From the NCBI GenBank assembly GCA_038203935.1, contig JBBRDM010000103.1, forward strand, positions 1-19,300: a stretch of 19,300 nt of DNA. Reading direction: 5' to 3'. This DNA is from Chthonomonadales bacterium (GTDB taxonomy: Bacteria > Armatimonadota > Chthonomonadetes > Chthonomonadales > Chthonomonadaceae). Shown here one piece after another: positions 1 through 7,671 of this stretch. Under the pieces are notes generated by a model that did not search any database, was not told where the DNA came from, and worked only from the letters and a program-made list of their open reading frames with translations. The translations under genes and the position numbers were made by a program. Each line of letters opens with the position of its first letter. Position 1 is the first letter of the stretch.

Positions 1-1
1 T

Positions 2-214
2 TTGAAAACACTCAATAGTAATGATAATGGAGGGATATTGCTCCTCAATGACTATCCTGGCACTGCAAAAGCTTTGCCTCAAATTATTGAATCGCTTCAA
101 AAGCAGGGTTATAAGTTCGTAACCATATCCGAGATGATATCGCATCTGCCTCCAAAACCTGCGGATAAAGTGCGACAATTTTTAGTCCGATCTGCTTCTG
201 CGAATACCCAATGA
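2..214 (+). CDS. Polysaccharide deacetylase (NodB-domain, PgdA/CDA1-like), C-terminal fragment; the 5' end lies outside the window
   Basis: The ORF is open to the window edge with no real start codon. The translation ends with ILLLNDYPGTAKALPQIIESLQKQGYKFVTISEM, which matches the conserved C-terminal block of NodB-type deacetylases (LxHD...T..ALP.II..L...GY.FVT). Stop at 212-214. Confidence 0.6.
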   Translation: MKTLNSNDNGGILLLNDYPGTAKALPQIIESLQKQGYKFVTISEMISHLPPKPADKVRQFLVRSASANTQ

Positions 215-268
215 TACTTAGGCCGTTGAAATCTAACATGGGATTTACTGAAAATATTATTAAACACC

Positions 269-277
269 TGATATAAT
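269..277 (+). promoter_or_regulatory. Candidate extended -10 sigma70 element TGaTATAAT upstream of the ECF sigma gene
   Basis: The sequence cctgaTATAATtc shows TG at 269-270 followed by one nt and then a perfect TATAAT at 272-277. There is no convincing -35 (TTTACT lies 22 nt upstream, TTAAAC only 6 nt upstream), which is the situation where an extended -10 can compensate. About 80 nt upstream of the ATG at 357. Confidence 0.2.
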
Positions 278-306
278 TCATGGAATATAGCAGCATTGAA
301 AATCAG

Positions 307-334
307 GGAACTATCTTTTGAAACGGTTCCGTAA
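307..334 (+). promoter_or_regulatory. Candidate ECF-type (sigE/sigW-like) autoregulatory promoter GGAAC-N18-CGTAA
   Basis: GGAAC at 307-311 is followed by 18 nt and then CGTAA at 330-334. This resembles the AAC ... CGT architecture of ECF promoters. It lies 22 nt upstream of the sigma ATG, with GGAGG (343-347) between them as RBS. The spacer is 1-2 nt longer than canonical. Confidence 0.25.
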
Positions 335-356
335 CTATTTGTGGAGGTAAGTCAGC

Positions 357-944
357 ATGGATTTCGCGCGGCTTTTTACATCCGCAGCCCGAAATGATAA
401 ACGTGAGTTTGATGATCTGGTCCATCGCTGCCACAGGCAGGCGTACAATGTCGCCTATCGCCTGACCGGGAACCATGCAGATGCGGATGATCTCACTCAA
501 GAATCATTTCTTCGTGCTTACCGCTTCTTTGATCGTTACAATAGAGATATGCCTTTTGAAAACTGGCTCTACCGGATTATGTCCAGAGTTTTCATTGATG
601 AATTGCGCAAGCGTCCAAAATTCAAAACCCAGTCATTTGATGCCCCTTATTCCGCTGGCCCGGGTGAAAACGATATACAGCTTGAACTGCCGGATTCCAC
701 CTGCGACCCTTCAGAGATTATGATGACAAACTCTCTGGATGAGTGTCTTCAAAATGCATTGAATGAACTGCCCAATGAATTTCGTATTGCCGTGATTCTC
801 GCAGATATCGAAGGGCTTTCCTATGAAGAGATTGCAGAAACCATGAACTGCTCTCTCGGAACTGTGCGATCGAGGCTTCACAGAGGCAGGAAACTACTTC
901 GACAAAAAGTCTCTCCGCAATTTAGAGATAGCAGCAGGAATTAG
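357..944 (+). CDS. ECF (sigma-70 family group IV, RpoE/SigE-like) RNA polymerase sigma factor
   Basis: ATG at 357 is preceded by GGAGG at 343-347. Region 2 is visible in DDLTQESFLRAYRFFDRY..ENWLYRI. Region 4 helix-turn-helix is visible in LPNEFRIAVILADIEGLSYEEIAETMNCSLGTVRSRLHRGRKLLRQ. Length 195 aa. Confidence 0.93.
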   Translation: MDFARLFTSAARNDKREFDDLVHRCHRQAYNVAYRLTGNHADADDLTQESFLRAYRFFDRYNRDMPFENWLYRIMSRVFIDELRKRPKFKTQSFDAPYSAGPGENDIQLELPDSTCDPSEIMMTNSLDECLQNALNELPNEFRIAVILADIEGLSYEEIAETMNCSLGTVRSRLHRGRKLLRQKVSPQFRDSSRN

Positions 945-982
945 AACTATGTACCAGTCAATCAAATTAATGGAGACCGAAC

Positions 983-1603
983 GTGAACTGTAGAAAAGTG
1001 AGCAGCAGCTTATCTGCTTATATCGACGGTGAACTCGCCGGTGTCGAACATCGTATGATCTTTGATCATCTCTCCCTCTGTGAAACTTGCTCGGCTGAAT
1101 ATGAAGGCCTCCTGAATATGAAACGTATGGTTTCTATGCTGAAAATTCGGGAACCTCATGAAACACTTCCTTTAACCATTATCAGCCGTATAGAAGAAGA
1201 GCAGAATCTAAATATCTCCTGGCTGCAGTATCAGTTTATGACATTGCGCGAAGCGGTTCTGAGACCAGCATCTCCATCTCAGATTTCGCTAGGATTGAGC
1301 GCTGCAGTGGTCTGTATTGCTTTGTTGGCAAGTATCAATCGACCGCACGAAAAGATTGAATGGAGCGCTCTTCATACTGGTGGAATCGCATCTCTAGATT
1401 CCTCTTCTCAAACTCTGGCTCAGATGGAATCACCTCTCAATCTTCCGTTGCAATTCGCGCAGCCGGCAGCATTCAGCGGAATAACTTACAGTGAAACTAT
1501 TCCTGGATTTCAGCCCGTCATTCGTCCATTGCAAAGCAGAAATAATGCTCGCAATCCCATGCAGCAAAATCTTCCAAATCAACTTTTCCCGCCAAATCGA
1601 TGA
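983..1603 (+). CDS. Anti-sigma factor of the zinc-finger (zf-HC2/ZAS-like) type, single-pass membrane protein, cognate to the upstream ECF sigma
   Basis: GTG start at 983 with GGAGA at 971-975. The N-terminus SSLSAYIDGEL is the conserved anti-sigma N-motif. The H-x3-C-x2-C motif is present in DHLSLCETCSAEY. One predicted TM helix (ISLGLSAAVVCIALLASI) is followed by a Q/P-rich extracytoplasmic tail. The start is 39 nt after the sigma stop, so the two genes are probably an operon. Confidence 0.8.
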   Translation: MNCRKVSSSLSAYIDGELAGVEHRMIFDHLSLCETCSAEYEGLLNMKRMVSMLKIREPHETLPLTIISRIEEEQNLNISWLQYQFMTLREAVLRPASPSQISLGLSAAVVCIALLASINRPHEKIEWSALHTGGIASLDSSSQTLAQMESPLNLPLQFAQPAAFSGITYSETIPGFQPVIRPLQSRNNARNPMQQNLPNQLFPPNR

Positions 1604-1762
1604 AGATTTATATATATAGAGCAGTCATGTCCTTTTTACATGCAGGTATAATCACAATCGACTGATAATACTATGCATATCTCAGCCACCCTACTTCATT
1701 CCGCCATCAGCATTTAATTCGCTGATTGGATGAAGTATTTTTTTTAAGAAAGATGGCAGGCT

Positions 1763-3238
1763 ATGCAGCAAAGTATTCCCATTTTGGTATCCCACACTTC
1801 ATTGATTCAGCAAATCCCCCTGAAACGTTTTGATTCGGACAAACTTCATATCAAAGCCAATTTAGCAGCAATATCGTTTCTGTTGCTTTCGTCCAATTTG
1901 ATGCCAATATATGCTGAAGAGACGCCTCCACCACCAGCAAAGTCGACTATCACCACTTTAACCAGCATGCAGGACGCTTTTGCAGCCATAGCAGAAGAAC
2001 TGGAGCCTGCTGTATGTACCGTTTTCAGCTCCCATGTTCCACGTGCATCCGATGGCGCCTCCAGATCGACACGAAGAAGATCGCCGGTAACAGGCTCTGG
2101 TGTGGTTATAAGCAAAGATGGCTGGATATTAACGAATGATCACGTTGTGGATGGAGCGGACCGTGTCACTGTGAAGCTTCATGATGGACGAGAGTTTATC
2201 GGCGAAGTCCGGCGAGACTATCACAGCGACCTGGCTCTCGTAAAAATATCTGCTGCTGTTCCTTTTGCAGCCGCCCGGCTGGGTGACTCAGACAAAATGA
2301 AAATCGGTCATTGGGCCATCGCAATTGGCAGCCCATACCGTTATGAAGGATCATTTTCTGTGGGTGTTGTGAGCAGTTTATACAGACGACAGGAAGTGTT
2401 CGATTTCAATTCGCCAAATCAGGGGCGTTTTTATCCCAATATGATTCAGACAGATGCGGCCATAAATCCTGGAAATTCAGGCGGGCCGCTCTGTAATATC
2501 AATGGAGAAGTAATTGGTATAAATACGACCATCGAAAGCGAAGCGGGCGGCAGTGTTGGCATCGGATTTGCTATTCCGATTAATTCCGCCAAGTTTGTGG
2601 TAAGCCAGCTCCTTGATAAGGGGCATGTCAGTTATGGATACCTCGGGGTGAGCCCCACTGATGTCACTCCCAAAATGGCTTCTGTTCTAAAAGTAGATCG
2701 CGGCGCATTAGTAGAAAGAGATCCTGAAGCATCGAGCCCGGGAGCGAAAGCCGGGCTTCAGGCGGGAGATGTGGTCACCTCCATAAATAGTCACATGGTT
2801 CGAAATGAACTGGATTTACGAACAATCGTAGCACATACGCTGCCAGGCACGACGGTGAAACTAAGTTATGTCCGGGATGGTATTCCAAACACTGTACACG
2901 TAACCATAGCGGAAGCCCAGGACATCCCGGTTGAGAAAACTCCCGCTCTTGGTGCCGCCCAGCTTGGAATAGAAGTTCAAAACTTAAATGATAAACTCGC
3001 AGATCAGATCAAAGTCCCTCAAAAGCTGATCGGGGTTGCAGTAAAAGCAATCGATCCGGATTCTGATGCCGCAGATAAAATTATGGTTGGCGCTGTGATT
3101 CTGAAAATTAACGATACTGAGGTGCCAAGTGTGCAGGCGTTTCAATCGGTGGTAGCAGGCTTGAAGTCAGGAGATTTGATACGTATAAGGTTTCAAGTTG
3201 GGAAAGATAGACGGTTCGCGCTGGTCACTGTCAACTGA
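1763..3238 (+). CDS. htrA: HtrA/DegP/DegQ-family periplasmic serine endoprotease with two C-terminal PDZ domains
   Basis: The trypsin-fold catalytic triad is present: His in VISKDGWILTNDHVV (His codon ~2149-2151), Asp in DLALVKI, Ser in GNSGGPL (~2471-2488). Two PDZ-like segments follow (GVSPTD...GLQAGDVVTSINS and GIEVQNL...ILKINDTEV). The ATG at 1763 has a weak SD. An in-frame TTG at 1801 would give a better signal peptide (MIQQIPLKRFDSDKLHIKANLAAISFLLLSSNLMPIYA/EE), so the true start is uncertain. Confidence 0.92.
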   Translation: MQQSIPILVSHTSLIQQIPLKRFDSDKLHIKANLAAISFLLLSSNLMPIYAEETPPPPAKSTITTLTSMQDAFAAIAEELEPAVCTVFSSHVPRASDGASRSTRRRSPVTGSGVVISKDGWILTNDHVVDGADRVTVKLHDGREFIGEVRRDYHSDLALVKISAAVPFAAARLGDSDKMKIGHWAIAIGSPYRYEGSFSVGVVSSLYRRQEVFDFNSPNQGRFYPNMIQTDAAINPGNSGGPLCNINGEVIGINTTIESEAGGSVGIGFAIPINSAKFVVSQLLDKGHVSYGYLGVSPTDVTPKMASVLKVDRGALVERDPEASSPGAKAGLQAGDVVTSINSHMVRNELDLRTIVAHTLPGTTVKLSYVRDGIPNTVHVTIAEAQDIPVEKTPALGAAQLGIEVQNLNDKLADQIKVPQKLIGVAVKAIDPDSDAADKIMVGAVILKINDTEVPSVQAFQSVVAGLKSGDLIRIRFQVGKDRRFALVTVN

Positions 3239-3374
3239 ACTAATTACATCTCACTCTGATCCGCTATTATATCATAATTCGCTTGGCACGGACCAGGGTG
3301 AGGTGTAATTCTCCTATAGCTGCACACATGAAATCCATTAAATGTTTTAGATGGGATAAACTATGTGCTGCCTG

Positions 3375-3617
3375 CTAACGCTCCCGGTAGGCTAGTCTCA
3401 ACTTTTCAATAAGAAAAAGAATTTGTTCCAGATGAAATTCCTGTGCGTGTAAATCTCGCAATGCTTCTGCGCGCTCCAGCCCTGCAAGATTATCATCGAT
3501 GGCAAACCAGAGAATTTCACATCGTTCCGTAGCAATACGAATATCTTCTCCCAGGTTTCGGTACGTCTCCTCACAAATTAGTATCGCTTCTCGAACTCTG
3601 CTGGCTCCGGTTAACAT
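3375..3617 (-). CDS. Hypothetical 80-aa hydrophilic helical protein (no TM segment), encoded directly downstream of the ABC ATPase
   Basis: ATG at 3617-3615 with AAAGG 9 nt upstream on the minus strand. Translation MLTGASRVREAILICEETYRNLGEDIRIATERCEILWFAIDDNLAGLERAEALRDLHAQEFHLEQILFLIEKLRLAYRER. I recognise no family. Same strand as the ABC gene and 75 nt downstream of it. Confidence 0.45.
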   Translation of the reverse strand: MLTGASRVREAILICEETYRNLGEDIRIATERCEILWFAIDDNLAGLERAEALRDLHAQEFHLEQILFLIEKLRLAYRER

Positions 3618-3692
3618 TATTACTGACCTTTCAAAATATTACGGTACAGTGATAATCGGCGTGAATGCACTTATTCATGAGTATAAAGGATA

Positions 3693-4607
3693 TCAATTTC
3701 CTTCAATTATTCTCACAAAGAGCTCTTCCAGAGTCTCTTTACGAGGAATCAGCGACACCAATTTAGCCCCATTTTGAACAATGACTCTCGCAAGTTCCGG
3801 TATGTCCGCTTCAGTTTTAACCCAGGCAGTAAATTTCGTCAGAGGTACAGTTTCGAGAGTTAACTTGGAAGTGATCCCTCGGATTGCAGCCATAGCGGTG
3901 TCATTTAGATCGTACGCCTCTACTTCCACCGAGGACGTGAAAGCTAAAAGTTCATCCATAGACCCCTGCGCAGCAATTTTACCCCGTTTTATGATCGCTA
4001 CTCGGTCACAAGTCATCTCGATTTCTGAAAGAAGATGTGAATTCAACAGAACAGTTCTGCCCTGATCTCGAAGTTCGGTTACTATATCCCGAACATCTCT
4101 GCGTCCAATGGGGTCTAACGCTGAAGTTGGTTCATCCAGAATAACGAGGTCAGGCTCATGCAAAATCGCCTGTGCGAGTCCCACACGCTGCTGCATCCCC
4201 TTCGAAAACTCCTGAATTTTCGATCGCGATCTATCTGCCAGCCCCACCCTTTCGAGTACTTCCGGAACTCTTCTGGCTAGTAATTCACTGCTCATTCCGT
4301 AAAGTTTGCCATGCATACGCAGGAACTCTGCAGCAGTCAGAAAGTCGTGGAACTGAAATTTTTCGGGCAGGAACCCTACCCGTCTTCTTACTTCCACATC
4401 GCCGACCTGTTTACCAAGAAGACTTGCTGAACCAGATGTAGGGCGAATATTACCCAGTAGCATATTGATAGTGGTAGTTTTACCAGCGCCATTGGGACCT
4501 AAAAATCCGAAAACTGTCCCAGCTGGAACCTCAAGATCAAGGCCTTGTACGGCATTAAAATGGCGATAAGACTTGCTGAGGCCCGCTGTTTGAATGGCTA
4601 ATTCCAA
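3693..4607 (-). CDS. ABC transporter ATP-binding protein, ABC-2 (DrrA/NatA-like) subfamily, with C-terminal accessory domain
   Basis: Walker A GPNGAGKTT lies at plus coordinates ~4474-4503. Q-loop, signature FSKGMQQRVGLAQA (SGG->SKG variant typical of ABC-2 NBDs), Walker B LVILDEPTSALD and the H-loop NSHLL are all present. TTG start at 4607 with GGGAGAA 4 nt upstream. The start lies 13 nt after the upstream stop, so translation is coupled. Confidence 0.93.
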   Translation of the reverse strand: MELAIQTAGLSKSYRHFNAVQGLDLEVPAGTVFGFLGPNGAGKTTTINMLLGNIRPTSGSASLLGKQVGDVEVRRRVGFLPEKFQFHDFLTAAEFLRMHGKLYGMSSELLARRVPEVLERVGLADRSRSKIQEFSKGMQQRVGLAQAILHEPDLVILDEPTSALDPIGRRDVRDIVTELRDQGRTVLLNSHLLSEIEMTCDRVAIIKRGKIAAQGSMDELLAFTSSVEVEAYDLNDTAMAAIRGITSKLTLETVPLTKFTAWVKTEADIPELARVIVQNGAKLVSLIPRKETLEELFVRIIEGN

Positions 4608-4620
4608 GAAATTCTCCCGA

Positions 4621-6153
4621 TCAAGGTTTTGCTTCAGTCTGGGCTGGAGCAGCTGGGGCTGCTGGTTTCGTTGGCGCAGTCGATTCGGTACGCACTACCT
4701 GCACAGAGTGCCTTAGTTTCCAGGATCTCCCGTGCCAGGTAACGCTTGCTTCCACAGGATAGTCGCCTGCCTGCGTGGTTGATGGCAGTTTGAAGGTGTA
4801 GCGTATTATTTTGTGGGCATCTTCCCTGTCGATATGCACGCCACGTTTTGCGCCGCCTTGAAGCTCCCAGCCCGCTGGGAATAGCGTGAGATCGGCATCA
4901 CCGTTGAAGCTGTTCGGAACCGCGCTGAATATATCGAGCAGAACGTTAACTTTGGTAGGGCCAAGGATCGCAACTGGCTGGGGATCGCTGGAGATTTGCG
5001 CTTGTATGGGTTCCACCACAGTAAAAGTTGCTGCCGCTTGAACCAGTCGGCCTCCGCCAATATCCACGCTGACCAGCAGCGAATAGGTTCCGGGCACGAG
5101 GGATGTTGGAAGCTGTGTTTTGTAAGTTAGTTTGAGTGTTTTTAAGGACGGAAGCGAGGGCACGTTCACATCACGGATGCTGTTAACTGCATTGACAGAA
5201 TTCCCCTGACCAGACCATGAGACATTTCGTATTGGGATGACGGAATCGGTCTGATTTAGAAGTTCCAGGGTAGCAAAAAGTGTCTGCCCTGCAATGCACT
5301 TGTTGTCCGAAATGGATAGTTTGGGATTGATACCCGGTACCGACTGAAGAACGGCATCCACCAGAGTTGCATCCAGCAGCAGGTGCGGTTCGAATGGCTG
5401 AGTCGGAACGTATGATGACGCTGGGCCAGGAGGCATGAATTCAGCTCGAATCCCAAGTGTCGCACCGGATCGAAGCACCAGGCTGGCCATATTCTTGGGA
5501 ATTGCTACCTCAACTACCTGCGTTCCATTCGTAATTTTTGAAGCCATAAGAATGGCCTTAGTATCTATGACCCTATCATTCCATGCAGGAGCATCCTTAC
5601 TATTCGCCGCATCCAAAAGTCGCGTTACGATCTGAGTTCCGCTCGTTTCACCTACATTTCCTATCACCAGTTCGAGATTATCCGCGCTGCGAAGCCATCC
5701 ATCTCCCCCACTGTCGACATCGAATAAAATGGTAGCCGGCTGATCAGTTCTTGCTGCCAGATAGAGATAGTTATCGTCCCAATTGCAGTAAAACGTGCCC
5801 TTTATTGGGCCATCGTTGACCGTGTAAAAAGGGTCCCATTCTCCATCACTAAGAACACCATCGATTTGAACGGTTCTTCTAAGTCGATGCGGTTCCGTCG
5901 CGTATTTTGGCCGTTCTCGCAGGTTGATCGTAGGCGCTGTTCCGCTTCCGGGAGGCTGTGCAATTGCAGGATGATCTGGAGGGGCTACAGGAGTTACCGC
6001 TGGCATTTCCGTTTTATCCTGTGCGTGAAGTGCAATCGGATTAAATAGCAATAGTGGAAGAGCAGCAAGTGCGAAAGGTATATATTTTCTGGTTTTATTC
6101 ATTAATCTTAATTGTGGAAAAGCAGCAGTCAATCGTACATTTAGTGGCAACAA
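4621..6153 (-). CDS. Secreted beta-rich protein with a CBM9/DOMON-like carbohydrate-binding-type N-domain, Ig-like middle region and Pro/Ala-rich C-tail
   Basis: TTG start at 6153 with GGGAGG 7 nt upstream. An alternative ATG at 6102 would give MNKTRKYIPFALAALPLLLFNPIALHA/QD, a classic signal peptide. IDGVLSDGEWDPFY...GTFYCNWDDNYLYLAARTD is CBM9-like. The tail reads APTKPAAPAAPAQTEAKP. No catalytic motif recognised. Confidence 0.8.
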   Translation of the reverse strand: MLPLNVRLTAAFPQLRLMNKTRKYIPFALAALPLLLFNPIALHAQDKTEMPAVTPVAPPDHPAIAQPPGSGTAPTINLRERPKYATEPHRLRRTVQIDGVLSDGEWDPFYTVNDGPIKGTFYCNWDDNYLYLAARTDQPATILFDVDSGGDGWLRSADNLELVIGNVGETSGTQIVTRLLDAANSKDAPAWNDRVIDTKAILMASKITNGTQVVEVAIPKNMASLVLRSGATLGIRAEFMPPGPASSYVPTQPFEPHLLLDATLVDAVLQSVPGINPKLSISDNKCIAGQTLFATLELLNQTDSVIPIRNVSWSGQGNSVNAVNSIRDVNVPSLPSLKTLKLTYKTQLPTSLVPGTYSLLVSVDIGGGRLVQAAATFTVVEPIQAQISSDPQPVAILGPTKVNVLLDIFSAVPNSFNGDADLTLFPAGWELQGGAKRGVHIDREDAHKIIRYTFKLPSTTQAGDYPVEASVTWHGRSWKLRHSVQVVRTESTAPTKPAAPAAPAQTEAKP

Positions 6154-6184
6154 AGTTAAACCTCCCTATAGTTAGCGCCAGCCT

Positions 6185-6214
6185 AATCTAACACTTTTCT
6201 TTGTTCGATGTCAA
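6185..6214 (-). promoter_or_regulatory. Candidate sigma70 promoter TTGACA-N18-TAGATT for the secreted-protein/ABC operon
   Basis: On the minus strand there is a perfect TTGACA (plus 6209-6214), an 18-nt spacer, and TAGATT (plus 6185-6190, 4/6 to consensus). The predicted TSS at ~6177 leaves a ~24-nt leader carrying GGGAGG before the TTG at 6153. Confidence 0.35.
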
Positions 6215-6236
6215 GTTTTGTGGATATTCGTTCTAT

Positions 6237-7526
6237 TCAATGCACTTCCAGCAGCTGCATAATGCTGTCTTCCATGAGCGATCCCATCTTTGAACCGATA
6301 GAAACACTCGTCTCGTACTCGTACAAATCCAGACCATAATCTTCTTTAGATAATATGTATCCCAGTTCATCGCAGGTTAGGCCGAATAGGAATTTATGAT
6401 TTCCTGGCATATGCCGCTTAATATAGAATCCGATGTTAGGCAGCACCTCGCCCGGTAGTGTTATAATCTCGGCAGGGCCGATAGTTATACGATTGACCTC
6501 TGTCGTAATTACATCACCCTGCTGGATGTCACCTGAAAACACTTTTAATTTTATCAGCATCTTAAACTGTGGATTTTCCATAGGAACTTGAAATATCAAC
6601 TGTTTGGTCTGTATAGGCGCAGCCTTTATTTCCTGCGCATCCACCAGCATTTCAAGCGCCCTATTTCCCAGCTTCGTCCCGATCTTTTCGGCGGCCTTCC
6701 AATTCTCACCTTTTGGTGGAACGCTTTCATCAAAATCTGCCGTAATCATTCCCCCCTGAGCTCCATTTAGATAGAGACAGGGCGCTCCTGTTTTCATCTC
6801 CACTGTTTTATAGAGCCAGTTTGGAAAATCCGAACTCATATGGTGATTATTGAGTATTTCCGGGTGGCAGGCAAAATTTACGAGGGTTGCTACAGGCTTA
6901 CCCGTCGCGGTAGAGACTGCCTGCATCACTCCCATTTCTGTATCCAAAACCTGTTTAATTCGGATATTTTTCGAGACATGGGGAACGTCCGCAGTATTCG
7001 CAAATTTTAGAATTACGGGCTGAATTTTAGCGGATGTCGCATCTACAAGCTGCGCTATTTTTGTGAGTGTGTCATTGAGCCATAGTTTATCTACGCCACT
7101 GGTTTGGATATCTGGTCCCCATTGTCCCAGCGTATCTGGTCCTGAATGGGTATGGGTAGCCGATATATATAAGTTGGCCGCTGTCACACTTTTCACCAGT
7201 GTTCGTATTTTCAGACTGTCGTATCGAGGTATTCCGATCAGATCGCATGAAACGAAAGCGATGCGAGTTCCCGCTGATTCTAAAATAAGGCAGCGAGCAG
7301 AAAGTGGATCGTGCGCATCGATACTTTTTCTATTGGAGCCATAGCCCGCGATATATGCAGGACGGGTTGGAGTGATATCTACTATACCAGAAGCAGCCAG
7401 GATACTATTTTCAGCTTCTACCACCGCGACTCCTCCGATCAATGCAGCCAGACTTGCCAGCATACTCAAAATCATCAAAAATCTCAAACCTACTCTCCAA
7501 TCCATTTCGTGCACTGCTGAATTCAT
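6237..7526 (-). CDS. Neutral/alkaline non-lysosomal ceramidase-family hydrolase (N-terminal catalytic domain type, short form), membrane-anchored or secreted
   Basis: ATG at 7526-7524. N-terminal hydrophobic anchor LRFLMILSMLASLAALIGGVAVV. The block SGIVDITPTRPAYIAGYGSNRKS...DPLSARCLIL...IAFVSCDLIG...LYISATHTHSGP...FACHPE aligns motif for motif with the neutral ceramidase N-domain (cf. human ASAH2 GRADCTG..MGYG..ARG..TRLYSRAF...VFVSIDIG...ILSGTHTHSGP...FAIHP). Only 429 aa, so it lacks the C-terminal domain of long ceramidases. Confidence 0.8.
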   Translation of the reverse strand: MNSAVHEMDWRVGLRFLMILSMLASLAALIGGVAVVEAENSILAASGIVDITPTRPAYIAGYGSNRKSIDAHDPLSARCLILESAGTRIAFVSCDLIGIPRYDSLKIRTLVKSVTAANLYISATHTHSGPDTLGQWGPDIQTSGVDKLWLNDTLTKIAQLVDATSAKIQPVILKFANTADVPHVSKNIRIKQVLDTEMGVMQAVSTATGKPVATLVNFACHPEILNNHHMSSDFPNWLYKTVEMKTGAPCLYLNGAQGGMITADFDESVPPKGENWKAAEKIGTKLGNRALEMLVDAQEIKAAPIQTKQLIFQVPMENPQFKMLIKLKVFSGDIQQGDVITTEVNRITIGPAEIITLPGEVLPNIGFYIKRHMPGNHKFLFGLTCDELGYILSKEDYGLDLYEYETSVSIGSKMGSLMEDSIMQLLEVH

Positions 7527-7577
7527 GAGGGAATTTCACTCTGCTAATAGTTCTGCTTTGGAACCGAATTTTCCTTG

Positions 7578-7619
7578 TAGAGCATCAAACTAAGATGCAA
7601 TCGCATCGAGAATGCTCTA
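7578..7619. promoter_or_regulatory. Compound palindrome (candidate operator) in the divergent ceramidase-like/pyrE intergenic region
   Basis: The outer 8-bp inverted repeat is TAGAGCAT (7578-7585) with ATGCTCTA (7612-7619). It encloses a perfect inner palindrome GATGCaatcGCATC (7594-7607). The pentamer GCATC/GATGC therefore occurs four times in 42 bp. Confidence 0.3.
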
Positions 7620-7625
7620 ATACTC

Positions 7626-7655
7626 TTTACATTTATAGGATATTACGGCTATACT
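7626..7655 (+). promoter_or_regulatory. Candidate sigma70 promoter TTTACA-N18-TATACT for pyrE
   Basis: TTTACA at 7626-7631, an 18-nt spacer, TATACT at 7650-7655. This gives a very short leader to the AAGGAGA RBS at 7664-7670. Confidence 0.35.
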
Positions 7656-7671
7656 TCCCGAATAAGGAGAA

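Noticed and set aside
475-723. 82-aa alternative-frame ORF inside the ECF sigma gene
   Set aside because: It is embedded in frame +2 of a gene whose own frame shows clear sigma regions 2 and 4, so it is spurious.
1609-1618. (TA)5 dinucleotide run
   Set aside because: It is too short to be a meaningful microsatellite or phase-variation tract and is probably just an AT-rich intergenic sequence.
1635-1652. TTTACA and perfect TATAAT close together upstream of htrA
   Set aside because: The hexamers are only 6 nt apart, so they cannot act as a -35/-10 pair. No acceptable -35 lies 17 nt upstream of the TATAAT, so it is at best an isolated -10.
1846-2115. 89-aa minus-strand ORF inside htrA
   Set aside because: It is antisense within a strongly supported protease gene and has no start context.
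3284-3302. TGGCACG resembling a sigma54 -24 element
   Set aside because: No GC/TTGC -12 element follows at the required 4-5 nt spacing. It also lies between convergent gene ends, where a promoter has no target.
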